Shown here: positions 44,805 through 55,533 of the stretch, piece by piece
Position numbering within the stretch: position 1 is the first letter of the stretch
Layout of the letters: each line of letters starts with the position of its first letter
Assembly: GCA_963733675.1 (NCBI GenBank)
Contig: CAVTET010000003.1
Location: 512,001-576,000 of the forward strand
DNA: 64,000 nt
DNA from: an uncultured Methanosarcinaceae archaeon
GTDB lineage: Archaea > Halobacteriota > Methanosarcinia > Methanosarcinales > Methanosarcinaceae
Reading direction: 5' to 3'
Notes under the pieces: generated by a model
Told to the model about the DNA's origin: nothing
The model's input: only the letters and a program-made list of their open reading frames with translations
Databases searched by the model: none
Made by a program: the position numbers and the translations under genes

Positions 44805-45587
44805 ATAAAAATAGCGATAACCGGAAAAGGTGGCGTTGGAAAAACAACTCTTTCAGGTACTCTGGCTCGACTACTTGCAAGGGACGGATATGAGGTTCTG
44901 GCAATAGATGCAGATCCAGATATGAACCTGGCATCTTCTCTTGGGATAGATAACCCTCCAAGGCCCCTGACAGATTTTAAAGATCTTATTCAGGAAAGGG
45001 CAGGTACTGAAGGTGGGGCTTTTGTCTACAATCCGAAAGTGGATGACATCGCATTCAAATATGGATCATTAGGGCCAGATGGAGTAAGAATGCTCGTTAT
45101 GGGCACGGTGGACCGTGGAGGAAGTGGATGTATGTGTCCAGCTTCAGCATTTCTCAGGGCTCTTCTAAGGCATCTCATGCTTAAGGAAAAGAGTGCAGTA
45201 ATCCTAGACATGGAAGCAGGGATCGAGCATCTTGGAAGAGGCACTACTCGAGGAATGGATCTCATGATCGTGGTAGTAGAACCAGGGGCAAGATCCCTTG
45301 AAACAGCTGAGAGAATTAAAAATCTCTCCTCCGAAATAGGGATAAAACACCTTGCTGCTGTTATCAACAAAGGAGGTTCCGAGAAAGTTAATGAAAGACT
45401 TGAAGAGTTGGGTATTGAGGTTCTTGGAGAAATACCCTTTGATCCAAAGCTGATGCAGGCAGATCTGGAAAAACGAGCTCCAATTGAGGTAGGTGGTAAA
45501 GCTGTGGATGCTATCGTAAAAATCAAGGGAAAAATTATTGAAGTAATTGAGGGTATCAGAAAAGAAAATGTAGGGGAGAAAAAGTAA
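44805..45587 (+). CDS. cooC: CooC/AcsF-like nickel-insertion ATPase; expected start codon is ATA
   Basis: Frame extends upstream of 44922 as IKIAITGKGGVGKTT..IDADPD; GSGCMCP (CxC); DMEAGIEHLGRG. Confidence 0.88.
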   Translation: MKIAITGKGGVGKTTLSGTLARLLARDGYEVLAIDADPDMNLASSLGIDNPPRPLTDFKDLIQERAGTEGGAFVYNPKVDDIAFKYGSLGPDGVRMLVMGTVDRGGSGCMCPASAFLRALLRHLMLKEKSAVILDMEAGIEHLGRGTTRGMDLMIVVVEPGARSLETAERIKNLSSEIGIKHLAAVINKGGSEKVNERLEELGIEVLGEIPFDPKLMQADLEKRAPIEVGGKAVDAIVKIKGKIIEVIEGIRKENVGEKK

Positions 45588-45709
45588 GGCTGAAAACAGG
45601 CTTTCTTATTCTTCTTTCGACATTTCTGCAATTTTTGATAATGTATGCAGTTATCTTATAAACTACACTGCAATTCTTTTTTGATTTATACTTTACAGCT
45701 AACTTTTGG

Positions 45710-46100
45710 TTACACAATTTTTAAGATATTTGAAACTGATTTGAAGATATTATTAGGATTGTTAGACAAAGTTCCTTTTTTATACCTAAATCTTAGAAGC
45801 TTCAACTTTTTCTTGATAAGATTATCATTCGGATATATTTCAGTTGCTTTGTCAATCCATTCAATCGCTTTCTCCCATCTTCTAAGATTTTCCAGGGCTG
45901 GTCCATTCTGATAGCAATAAAACAAATATTCAGGTTTTGCTTTTAGGACTTCGTTATAAAATTTAATCAACTTTTTAACTTGTTTAATTTAATGAAGGAA
46001 AAATCCTTGAGGCACTGAATCCAAGGTTTTCAGGATCAATTTGAAGAGCTCTGCAATATAACGGTAAGATTCTCCATTGATCTTCCTTGGGACTGCTAGT
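45710..46100 (-). pseudogene. TPR protein remnant
   Basis: Fragments YCRALQIDPENL and GPALENLRRWEKAIEWIDKATEIYP in different frames. Confidence 0.6.
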
Positions 46101-46496
46101 CTCAATGCTGATTTCTTTTTTGGGAATGCTCCCCTGACTCTGCTTCTTCCATATTTCGTGTGGAGAAACTTCGCAGGTAAGATTCAACAACATAGTTAGA
46201 ATTGATTTTTAACTCTAGAATACTTGTCAAAATATCTGTTATAAAAGGGGAACTCGTGGAATTGAGGCTTTGATAATTTGAGTTCTACATATTTAGTTCG
46301 GAGATTTCGTGGTTTGTAGTTGTTTATGCTAGCTTTTTTGAAATTGGTCCTCTCATAAAGTTTATCACCATATTGAAGAAGAGCTTTCGATTTCGTTACA
46401 GGGTTTAAAAATCAAGTAATTAGATGGCAAATTCCGTTTTCCTAATCGAAAAGATAATCTTTTATGAGTAGAAGATGTTGAACATTGGTTCTGTAT

Positions 46497-46563
46497 ATTT
46501 TTTGTGATGGGAGAGAAAGGATTCAAGTAAATTAGACTTCACAGAACTTTTGATATATTATCT
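46497..46563 (-). repeat. Degenerate copy of the GGCAGTGTACCGAAAG repeat element
   Basis: Reverse complement AAAGTTCTGTGAAG..ATCCTTTCTCTCCCATCACAAAAAA aligns with the 25631-25712 copy. Confidence 0.5.
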
Positions 46564-46677
46564 AACTTTTCAAAAAAAGTAATGCTATTAAATGAATTTG
46601 GATGAAATTTCACGGTTTTTTTTCAAAACGATCAAAAAAAATCAAAAAAATTCGAAAGATACTTGTATTATAAAAAT

Positions 46678-47022
46678 TCAATCCAGACATTCTGAATTAT
46701 TATAAGAATTTCTGACCCGAGTAGCGATTTCTTCCCCCAATCTTTCAGATACATTTCCTATAAAGAGATCTATGTACTCGATTGGTACGCAGCCCAGGCT
46801 TTCTTCGTCTAATATAATGAGCCTTACAAGGTATTCAAGATCCGATTTAGATAGTAACTTTATTCTTGCCAGGAAATCGGCTGCGTTTTTCGAATAATGA
46901 TTTGCCAGAGGTGGGAGAATCGAACGATAGGTCATTCCTGAGCCTGAACAAAGATACCCCTTGCACTCTGGAGCAACTGTTTTCAGGATAGCAATATCCG
47001 TTTCTGAGAGTATTCTTGGCAT
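46678..47022 (-). CDS. Hypothetical protein
   Basis: Clean ORF MPRILSETD.. with AGGTGA RBS; four Cys. Confidence 0.7.
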   Translation of the reverse strand: MPRILSETDIAILKTVAPECKGYLCSGSGMTYRSILPPLANHYSKNAADFLARIKLLSKSDLEYLVRLIILDEESLGCVPIEYIDLFIGNVSERLGEEIATRVRNSYNNSECLD

Positions 47023-47324
47023 GATAATCACCTTTTGATGAAGAATAGATACTCTGGTATTTCAGGGATTAAATAGGACTTTGATGAACTCCAATTTAGG
47101 GCGTTTGGCCATAATAACTCTCTACATTTTATTGAAATTGGAGTTATTTAGAAATTTTCTGTGATCTTATTGCAGAGATTTCGCTGAACAAAAGATGATT
47201 TTGCTTTTCTGCTATTTATAGTCCTCGCAGTAAAAATTAACACTTCCAAAAATTAGAAAAATGGATTTATAGCAAAGAGATATATTTCTTTATTAAACTT
47301 GAATACAAAATTGACCCACAGAAG

Positions 47325-47452
47325 AACGAAAAATGAAAGTTGACTCAAAAGTGGTAATCCAAATTGCTGACCTAAATTAAATTAAAAATAAGATAATAAG
47401 ATTGATGGGTAAAAATTGTGAAAATAATCTTTTTGAGGAAAGATCTGTAATG
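47325..47452 (+). mobile_element. IS1634-like transposase C-terminal remnant
   Basis: MKVDSKVVIQIADLN*IKNKIIRLMGKNCEN; DNA similar to 2350-2480. Confidence 0.55.
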
Positions 47453-47454
47453 TA

Positions 47455-48566
47455 ATGAGTAGTCTTCGTTTTCCTGCGGTCCTGGGCGAGCTTTTTGGCG
47501 GCATCATTCTCGGTCCGACGGTTTTTGGATGGCTTAGTCCAAGTACTTATCGATGGTTATTTCCAGCATCTGGTGCTATTTTTGAGGGCAGAGATGCACT
47601 AATCAAAATTTGCATTCTTTTCTTTTTATTCATTGCAGGTCTGCAAATGAACCTAAAGCTCGTTAGGAACAGCGGCATTCACATAGCGTGGGCTAGCTTA
47701 ATGGATGTATTGTTACCGTTTACACTTGGCTTCTGTATGGTCGTCATGTTTCCGAATATGTGGGGGATATTTTAAGGGGGAAACATTTTTTTTCGCGATG
47801 TTCATGGGAACAGCGTTGTCAATATCAGCTCTCCCGGTTATTGCTAGAACTCTCATGGACCTAGACTTGCTGAATACAGATATGGGGATGATAATTATTG
47901 GGTCAGCAACAGTAAATGATCTGGTAGGATGGTCTTTATTTGCTTTTTATTCTGAGCAATTTCGCGCCTAATAGTATCATTAATATTTCTCCTTACATGA
48001 CTTTCATTCTAGTGCTTTTGCTGTTTGTTTTCATGCTCACTATAGGTCGTGTTCTGGCTCAGATAGCTCTTACATGGCTCAGGTCACATATGCCCTGGCC
48101 AGGGACCTTCCTTGGAATAACGACAATCCTTATATTGTTGACTTCAGCTTTTGTGGAAGCTATCGAGATACATGCTGTTTTTGGCGCTTTTTTGATAGGT
48201 CTTGCATTCTCCCAGATCCTAGAGAAACGGGATGAGGCACATGAGATAGTCTATCAGTTCGCCATGTATTTTTTTGCCCCACTCTACTTTGTTTCAATTG
48301 GTCTACAGGCTAATTTCGTGGCATCTTTTGACCCGATTCTTGTGCTGGTAGTTCTTTTAGTTGCATGTATAGGTAAGGTGCTCGGTGTGATGTTTGGCCT
48401 ATGTGTGAGCAAGATGCCGTGGAGGCAGTCTGCCGTAATAGGTTTTGCTTTGAACTCAAGAGGAGCAATGGATATGATATTAGCTACTGTTGCCAGGAAT
48501 GTGGGACTGATCAATGACCGCTTGTTTGTGGCTTTGGTTATCATGGCACTGGTTACATCCATCTAA
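47455..48566 (+). pseudogene. Cation:proton antiporter (CPA2/Kef-type) pseudogene
   Basis: Three colinear frames: PAVLGELFGGIILGP, SISALPVIARTLMD..NDLVGW and HAVFGAF..FAPLYFVSIGL..NSRG; N-terminus missing next to the IS remnant. Confidence 0.88.
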
Positions 48567-48710
48567 GCGGCCTGATAATTAAGACATTAAATGCTTTTGA
48601 TCTTTCTATGGCTTAAACACTATAAAATTTCTCGATAATAGATGCATATTTTTCATTTTTGGTTTTAGTTTGCTCTGATTTTGGATTATCAAAGGCCTCA
48701 AAGACCGTAA

Positions 48711-48747
48711 ATGACAGCAATCTTTAATCCCAAAAGGTTGCTGTCAT
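48711..48747. terminator. Stem-loop
   Basis: ATGACAGCAATCTTT pairs with AAAGGTTGCTGTCAT. Confidence 0.45.
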
Positions 48748-49094
48748 GATCCGTGTGGCTGTAATACTTTTCTTGCATTTAATCTGCATGTAATCGGTAG
48801 AAAATGGTATATTTCTCTAAACTATAGAACAATCAAATTATCAAAAACGTATACAAAAATTCTAAAATTTTTATTTTTACAGTGGAAATGAAGTGGAAAT
48901 CAAATACTGTAAACATTGTAATTTAATCAAAAAAGATCAAAGGGGCTATAGCAGATTTTACTGATAATTATGCACGTTGCCAATCATAATAGGTCACTTA
49001 GATATTTCAGATATTTTTTGCCGCAAAATGTAGGTTTTAATATTATCAATGAGCATTGTATAGCGTCAGTTCACAATTGTGACTCAGCATTGCT

Positions 49095-49166
49095 ACTAGG
49101 ATGAAAGAAATGCTACGCAATGGACTTTGGATCCATTTCATCCTGATACGATTCTGATCTATGGCT
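49095..49166 (+). pseudogene. Degenerate tRNA-Cys paralog (anticodon position reads TTG)
   Basis: Ungapped 51/72 identity to 49988-50059; anticodon stem retained, D, T and acceptor stems disrupted. Confidence 0.75.
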
Positions 49167-49461
49167 TAAAAGTTTTCTCACGTGGCTCAAAAGTATCTAC
49201 CCTCTTTGTGCATACAAAATTATTAGAATAGAAGAAAACATTTGGAAGAAACTTTTGTATATAAGCTGAAAACTTGTGAATCGATCTCAAAATAAATCCC
49301 CAGTTTAGTGGGAAATCTTAAATCAATAGATGTATTCAAAAGATAGATGTGTTAAAAATTCAAAGGACAGGCTTTTGAACATTTTTGAATTGTATTAATT
49401 GCATTCAATCTAATTGCATTAATTGCATTTAATCGCATCATTACTGAGTCAATGAGCCTAA

Positions 49462-49508
49462 AAAGGAAGTTCAAATGTAAAGGAGGTTCAAATAAAGGAG
49501 GTTTAAAT
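49462..49508. repeat. Three direct copies of AAAGGA(A/G)GTT(C/T)AAAT
   Basis: Copies at 49462-49476, 49479-49493 and 49494-49508. Confidence 0.8.
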
Positions 49509-49987
49509 CTAAATGATAATAGCAAATTGAAGTTTCATGATTCTAAAGCATATTTTGTCAGTCACAAATGTGGCTTAATTCATAAAGTATGGAAACATCG
49601 ATCGTGTATGGTATCTAAATAGACTCAATTTTGTTCTTATCTCTAACAACTTCTTAAATATTTGCAATATTAGATTTGAACAAAATAATATTATTTGAAG
49701 TAATCTAATTTATATAATACATTTTCTGCAGAAATTCACAATTCACAATATGGTAATAGATTAAAAACTCATACAATCCCAAATAAAAAGGATTGAAAAA
49801 ATTCGCAAATAGATAATGATTGTGGATAATCGGATATTCTTTGAACATGCTTCATTACTCCTTTCATGTGTGTTAACAAAACAAAATTTGAAAATGTCTG
49901 CAGTATAATTAAATGTCTTTGGAATCTCAGCAGAAGATTGGGCATTAATCAATGGCTTAAAATTATAAATGAACGCTGAGAATGAAT

Positions 49988-50059
49988 GCTAAGATGGCGG
50001 AAAGGCTATGCAGTGGACTGCAGATCCATTTCATCCCGGTTCGATTCCGGGTCTTAGCT
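49988..50059 (+). tRNA. tRNA-Cys (GCA)
   Basis: Acceptor stem GCTAAGA/TCTTAGC, anticodon arm TGGA-CT-GCA-GA-TCCA, T arm CCCGG-TTCGATT-CCGGG, U73, no encoded CCA. Confidence 0.96.
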
Positions 50060-51141
50060 TAGAGGTTTTCTCTGGACATAAAAATACAGAAAGCACCGAG
50101 ATGTTTTTGTTTTTATAAACTGCCCAGAATCCCTATAAAAACTCCAAAAAGTCGAACCAAAATAGAAAAAACGGGTCAAATACAGAAATTCGAGGAACAG
50201 ATTTTAACAGGATTCTCACGAAGAAAAAAATTATAGTAAATCGAAATCCTCTACAGTTCTTTATATATTACCTTAACACTTTGCATGGTCACAGAAGAAA
50301 TTACATAATTATTATTTTACTGAATAAATATTGATTAATTTTCAAGTAGTGACAAATGATAGCTGTAAACAGTTTGGGTACTATGGTAGTTAGTTAATGT
50401 CTAAACCACAAGACTTGTTTACTATTTTTGCCTATTTCAAATCACCAATTTATCGGGCTGGGAAATTGTCTAAAGGGCAATTTGACATCCATGATTCAAA
50501 TTCATATTTTAGCCTTCGATGACAATTCACTGATTAGTTTGGATGCAGTTTCCGAAATTTCTCGCTAGATCGATATAACTCTAAAAAATGTACTCAAAAA
50601 GTCACAAAATAGTTTAGCAGAGGTTATGCATAATTTCCAGTTTAGTAACTTTACAATAATTGAATTTTCTAGAGGCTATTACAAAAAATGGACTTAAGAT
50701 GTAAGGATGAAGTTTTTTCTTGTAAAATATTAGAAAAAGTTGTAAATGAATAGAAAAGTCATTTGGGAATCAGCAAATTATATTAATACTATCTTCATAA
50801 ATAAGTTTAAGTATAGCTTTAGAACATATATCTATTTTAAAAAATAAAATATAAATTTAAAATAGTTTTAAAGTGGTACTTTAAGCTGGAAGTTAATAAT
50901 ATTTTGATAGAAAATGTGGAAAAGCCTGGAAAAAAAGTAAATGTTTCCTGGTAGAATAGTAAATTTAAGAGGTCAATTTTTTAACTTGCTTACAAATATT
51001 ACAAAAATAATTTATATAAATTGGCTGCTGCTGGCGATCAAATACTTTCACTTCGCTTTCCAAATCATTATATTATGTGCCATATCACCTTAATGCGCCT
51101 CTCTATATATTTATCAATACCAAGAGGCTTGAGGTAGAACA

Positions 51142-52395
51142 ATGAGACAAAGTGCAGAATCTATTAGAGGTCGATTTTTAAAGCTTGGCATCGATGTGCC
51201 AATTGAGGACATTGAAAGCAGACTCGAAGAACTGGTTACGAACTTTAAAGTTCCATCCAATGAAGCCCAGCGTAGCGTGACTAATTATTTTTTGAAAAAA
51301 TATTCTATTCCCAAGAATGAGTTTTATGTGAGACAAGCTGAACCCCAACTTACCAAGATTACAGATCTCTCCGAGAATGGGCAATGGGCAAACCTTAAGG
51401 CAAAGGTTATCCAGCTATGGGAAAACACTCACGATTCCATATCTCAGGTCGGGCTCCTGGGGGATGAAACAGGAATTGTAAAGTTCACTGGATGGAAAAA
51501 TGCTGAATTGCCTAAGCTTGAGCAGGGGGAGAGTTACTTATTCAGGAGCATTGTCGTTGGTGAGTATAATGGCAGGTTTCAGGTCCAGCTTAACAGAAAC
51601 AGTTCAGTAGAAAAGCTAGCTGAAGTCATTGATGTGGTAGGCGGTGATTTCACACCAATTGCAAGGGAGTCCGAACTTAAAAACATTTCCGACCTTGTAG
51701 GGGGCCAGTGGGCTACAGTCAAAGGAAAAGTAATTCAACTCTGGGAGAACTCCCACGAATCGATTGAACAAGCAGGACTTCTAGGAGATCCTACCGGTGT
51801 TATCAAATTTACTAATTGGGCTAGTTCCGAAATTCCATACATGGAAGAAGGCAAAAGTTATGTTTTGAAAAATGTATTTGTCAATGAATGGGGCGGTAAG
51901 TCTCAGATTCAGCTTAGCAGGTCAAGTTCAGTAGAAGAGCTTGATGAAGATATCACAGTTGGTACATCTACTCTTACTTATTTCGGAGCAATGGTTGATA
52001 TTCAGACTGGTTCAGGTCTTATAAAACGCTGTCCTGAGTGCAAAAGGGCCCTTGTAAAGGGTGCCTGTGCAGAGCATGGGAAAGTTAAAGGAGAGTATGA
52101 TCTAAGGATAAAAGCTGTTCTGGATTCTGGAGCCTCAACTCAAGATATCCTAATTAACCGAGAACTTACCGAAGAGCTCGTTGGGATTTCTCTAGATAGT
52201 GCAATTGCAATGGCTGCAGATGCTCTTGATCCCGGGGTTGTGCTGGATAAATTGAAACATGAGCTGTTAGGCAGATACTATACTGTCAATGGGCACAAGT
52301 TTGATCGTTACATCCTTGCGAATTCGATTACTCAAAGTACCTCTCTAGATAGGGAGCTGATTGAGGAAATGTTTGCTGAATTGGAGGTGGATTAA
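51142..52395 (+). CDS. rpa: Replication protein A (multi-OB-fold, Zn finger)
   Basis: Repeated KVIQLWE..QxGLLGDxTG OB-folds; RCPECKR..CAEHG Zn finger. Confidence 0.92.
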   Translation: MRQSAESIRGRFLKLGIDVPIEDIESRLEELVTNFKVPSNEAQRSVTNYFLKKYSIPKNEFYVRQAEPQLTKITDLSENGQWANLKAKVIQLWENTHDSISQVGLLGDETGIVKFTGWKNAELPKLEQGESYLFRSIVVGEYNGRFQVQLNRNSSVEKLAEVIDVVGGDFTPIARESELKNISDLVGGQWATVKGKVIQLWENSHESIEQAGLLGDPTGVIKFTNWASSEIPYMEEGKSYVLKNVFVNEWGGKSQIQLSRSSSVEELDEDITVGTSTLTYFGAMVDIQTGSGLIKRCPECKRALVKGACAEHGKVKGEYDLRIKAVLDSGASTQDILINRELTEELVGISLDSAIAMAADALDPGVVLDKLKHELLGRYYTVNGHKFDRYILANSITQSTSLDRELIEEMFAELEVD

Positions 52396-52968
52396 ATGAC
52401 AGGCTTTTATAGGGAAGTGGCTCGCAGGGTATTTTCTCAGGAGCTGAAAGATTCTAACTTGGCTTCGAGGGACGAGAACGATCAGTATGCTCCTCAGTAC
52501 GTTCTGACTCCAACAGGAGCTAAAGTAAATCGCATCTTCCTTGTCGGCACACTTATCGAAAAAGAAGATATTGGAACTGATTCTGAATACTGGAGGGGTA
52601 GAATTTCAGATCCTACCGGCTCCTTTTTGGTCTATGCCGGACAGTACCAGCCCGAAGCATCTCAGTTCCTTGCTGACTGTGAACTGCCCGCTTTTGTGGC
52701 AGTTGTGGGCAAAACCAGTACCTACACTACAGATGACGGAAATGTCCTGACATCCATCCGCCCCGAATCCATTCAACAGGTAAACGAGCTTACTCGCGAC
52801 CTCTGGGTGCTAGACACTGCGAAGCAGACTCTTGAGAGAATAAGAGCAGTTGAGGCAGAAGAAGATCCAAACTCAAAACTTGCAAAAGAACACTATTTTA
52901 CTAAAACTGACTTTTACCGTGCAATGGTTAAAAAGGCTCTTGAGTCCCTAAAAGAAAGTAAGTATTAA
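52396..52968 (+). CDS. RPA-associated OB-fold protein (RPA32-like)
   Basis: REVARRVF..E, TPTGAKVNRIF.VG, DPTG.F.VYAGQYQP; abuts rpa. Confidence 0.88.
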   Translation: MTGFYREVARRVFSQELKDSNLASRDENDQYAPQYVLTPTGAKVNRIFLVGTLIEKEDIGTDSEYWRGRISDPTGSFLVYAGQYQPEASQFLADCELPAFVAVVGKTSTYTTDDGNVLTSIRPESIQQVNELTRDLWVLDTAKQTLERIRAVEAEEDPNSKLAKEHYFTKTDFYRAMVKKALESLKESKY

Positions 52969-53836
52969 TCATATGGCAGCCGAACTTAGGTGAGAAATAC
53001 CCCTAATTTTCCCCAAATTTTGATATTTCTTTTCCCATTACTTTGGGAGTCTGAGGTCATGAATACCTCATATTTTGGGTAGGGGATGAAGTGAACTATT
53101 GCATCTTTATGTTTTTATTTAATTCTCAAAATCGCTTCTTTGTAAAATGAGTTTGTTTTTGGCACCATTGTAAGGAATGGTGTCAATTATCCCTGACAGG
53201 GATGTTATATAGGTTGGAATAAAACATCTTAAGATACGGGCATGGTTAGTATCACTTGTCACATAGTGTTGGTGCATGATTGTCGATACTATATATTCTA
53301 GATGATTTCGATTTGCCTCTAGTTTATTTTTTTGGGGAAATCTTTTTTGTTTTCTGTCTAAAATATATAGACCTTATGAGGTTTAATTGGGTAAAGAAGA
53401 ATTAAGCATTTAAACCGACATTGTGCAGATGTGTACATAAGTAAAATTTGTTTGCCTATTTGTCTACTATTATGATTGAGAGTCATATTGATTTTTAAGT
53501 TACTGTCACTGCATAAGTCTTATGGGATTAAATGATTTAAGTATGTATTTAATTCTCACTTACCTTTGGAAGTATTGGCATCTCTCTCACAGAGATGGTT
53601 TTTGTTCCTCCCTCCAAACATTTATGTGCAAGCTTTTAGGTTCCTTTTTGGCGATCTCCAAATTCGAGACTTTTTAATATTCTATTTTTATCGAGAAAAT
53701 TCAATTATTCCCTAATTCTGCGACTTCAATACATATCAAAGGATCAAAAATTAATAAAAAGTCTATCAAATTTCTTCCCAGAAGAAGATTTTTTGCATTG
53801 ATTCTTTCATTTCCATCATTTTTTCTTTCTCCCGAG

Positions 53837-54811
53837 TCACGGCAAATTATGGCTTTGAAGCATTAATCCTATTAAATCATTATTTGAAAAGCAATATTCT
53901 CCCTCGATATTCACGGAATTAGGAAGTTCTCCAAATTTATTTTTCAAAAGGAGATCTCCTATTTCCTCCTGCATAACGTGGCTAATTCCAAGAATTGAGG
54001 CCGTAAGTCTGGGATTTACATCCACCACATATGGAAGGTCAGCAAGTACTATATCTACTCCCACGTACCCAAAACATCCCAAGCATTCTACTGTGGAGAT
54101 TGCAGTTTCATTGAGTTCTTCTATCCTGGGAGTCCTATATGGAGTCCGACTTCCATTGTATTTTATGGAGAAAACTTCTTTTTTTTCTCCCTCTTCTCTG
54201 ATTTCGCTTTTTTTCTGGCCAAACTCTATTAACTGGAGATTTACAGTGAGTGGAAGAGGCTTTTTGCCTGCGATAAGGCTGACGCTAATATGCTTCCCGT
54301 CAATATATTCAGTTGCAATGAACTTTTCACTATTCTCAAATTTCGTGACAAGATAAGTTGCCTCCGCTCCGCAGCCAAATCTGGGTTTTGTAACATATTT
54401 TTTCCCTCCTTCAGCTTTTTTCACGATCTTAGGAGTCTTAATTCCGGCTTTTTTCAGGATTTTTGTGCAAACAAGTTTATCTGCACAATAGGCTGTCGAT
54501 TTTGGTGAGCATCCAAGATTTACAGTGTTTTCTTCAAGAATTTTGTTCAGTTCTGGAAGCATACAGTCTGGGGCAATAACTAGACCAGCGTCGCAATCCT
54601 GGGCTTTTTTCTCAATTATCTGCCTGAAGTTTTGTGCTGTGGAATTAATAACCGTGCCTTTTCCTGTTTTTATGCCTGCTGAAGGATAATACACTTCATG
54701 CCCCAAGCTGACAAAGCTTTCTGCGAGGGTTTTTAGCATAGCTACTCCCTCGGGGATCAGGGACTTTTTAACATTCGTGCCGACAGCGAATTCTGCAATG
54801 AGGATATTCAT
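53837..54811 (-). CDS. mfnD: ATP-grasp protein, likely tyramine--L-glutamate ligase (methanofuran biosynthesis)
   Basis: EG.AML, IAPD, CADK, KPRFGCG, EYIDG.H.SVS and GYVGVD..VDVNPRLT. Confidence 0.75.
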   Translation of the reverse strand: MNILIAEFAVGTNVKKSLIPEGVAMLKTLAESFVSLGHEVYYPSAGIKTGKGTVINSTAQNFRQIIEKKAQDCDAGLVIAPDCMLPELNKILEENTVNLGCSPKSTAYCADKLVCTKILKKAGIKTPKIVKKAEGGKKYVTKPRFGCGAEATYLVTKFENSEKFIATEYIDGKHISVSLIAGKKPLPLTVNLQLIEFGQKKSEIREEGEKKEVFSIKYNGSRTPYRTPRIEELNETAISTVECLGCFGYVGVDIVLADLPYVVDVNPRLTASILGISHVMQEEIGDLLLKNKFGELPNSVNIEGEYCFSNNDLIGLMLQSHNLP

Positions 54812-55051
54812 TGAAAAGGAAAGATCAACTCTTTATATTTTACTTTTTTCCTGTGAGATTAGGCTGAAAGTGATGAACAAAATAACTAAATGAAGTGTAC
54901 TTAGTGAAGGTTTATATATTTTTATATAGTTTATAGTATGAGGTTAAATGTGTAGGGTATATAGGCGGCTGGTACTATAAACAGCAAAGATTCCAATTTT
55001 CAGTCCATATTTGGAAACCCTTTCGCGAAAACCCTTTCTGTTGCGGTTTTC

Positions 55052-55408
55052 ATGGGTATATTTCTTGTTGACCTGGGTCTAGGGCTATTTGCTATTTTTC
55101 TTAATAAAGCAAGTCCATTTCCTCCAGCAATCGTACTTTTGGTCTTCTCAGTGATGTTTATTGCAGGAATGGTTTTTTTCGAAAAGTATGGTTTAAACAC
55201 TCTTTATTCTATTATCGGAGGAGCTCTTGCAGGTTTTGGTCTTTGCTTTTTGGTTGTATTATTTGTGGGAGGCTTGCAGTTTACTTTAGGAGGAGGGATC
55301 TCTATCATTGGGTGGAACCAGGTACTTTCTGCTGTCGCAGTTTCTATGGTTATAAGCATCATTATGCTTAGAGCACTTCCATATAAACTTCAAAAATACT
55401 TCCAATGA
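55052..55408 (+). CDS. Membrane protein upstream of grpE; open frame extends 5' to ~54965 without an ATG
   Basis: Four hydrophobic segments; upstream in-frame AAGTINSKDSNFQSIFGNPFAKTLSVAVF. Confidence 0.7.
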   Translation: MGIFLVDLGLGLFAIFLNKASPFPPAIVLLVFSVMFIAGMVFFEKYGLNTLYSIIGGALAGFGLCFLVVLFVGGLQFTLGGGISIIGWNQVLSAVAVSMVISIIMLRALPYKLQKYFQ

Positions 55409-55533
55409 TTTTTCTTTTTTTCTTTTTTGAAATTGTATACATCTAAATTAGACAAAAATTATTTATAGAACTACAAACAATCACATTTCAGGATGAGCGT
55501 AACCGTTACAATTAATAGGATGGGGATCGATTG

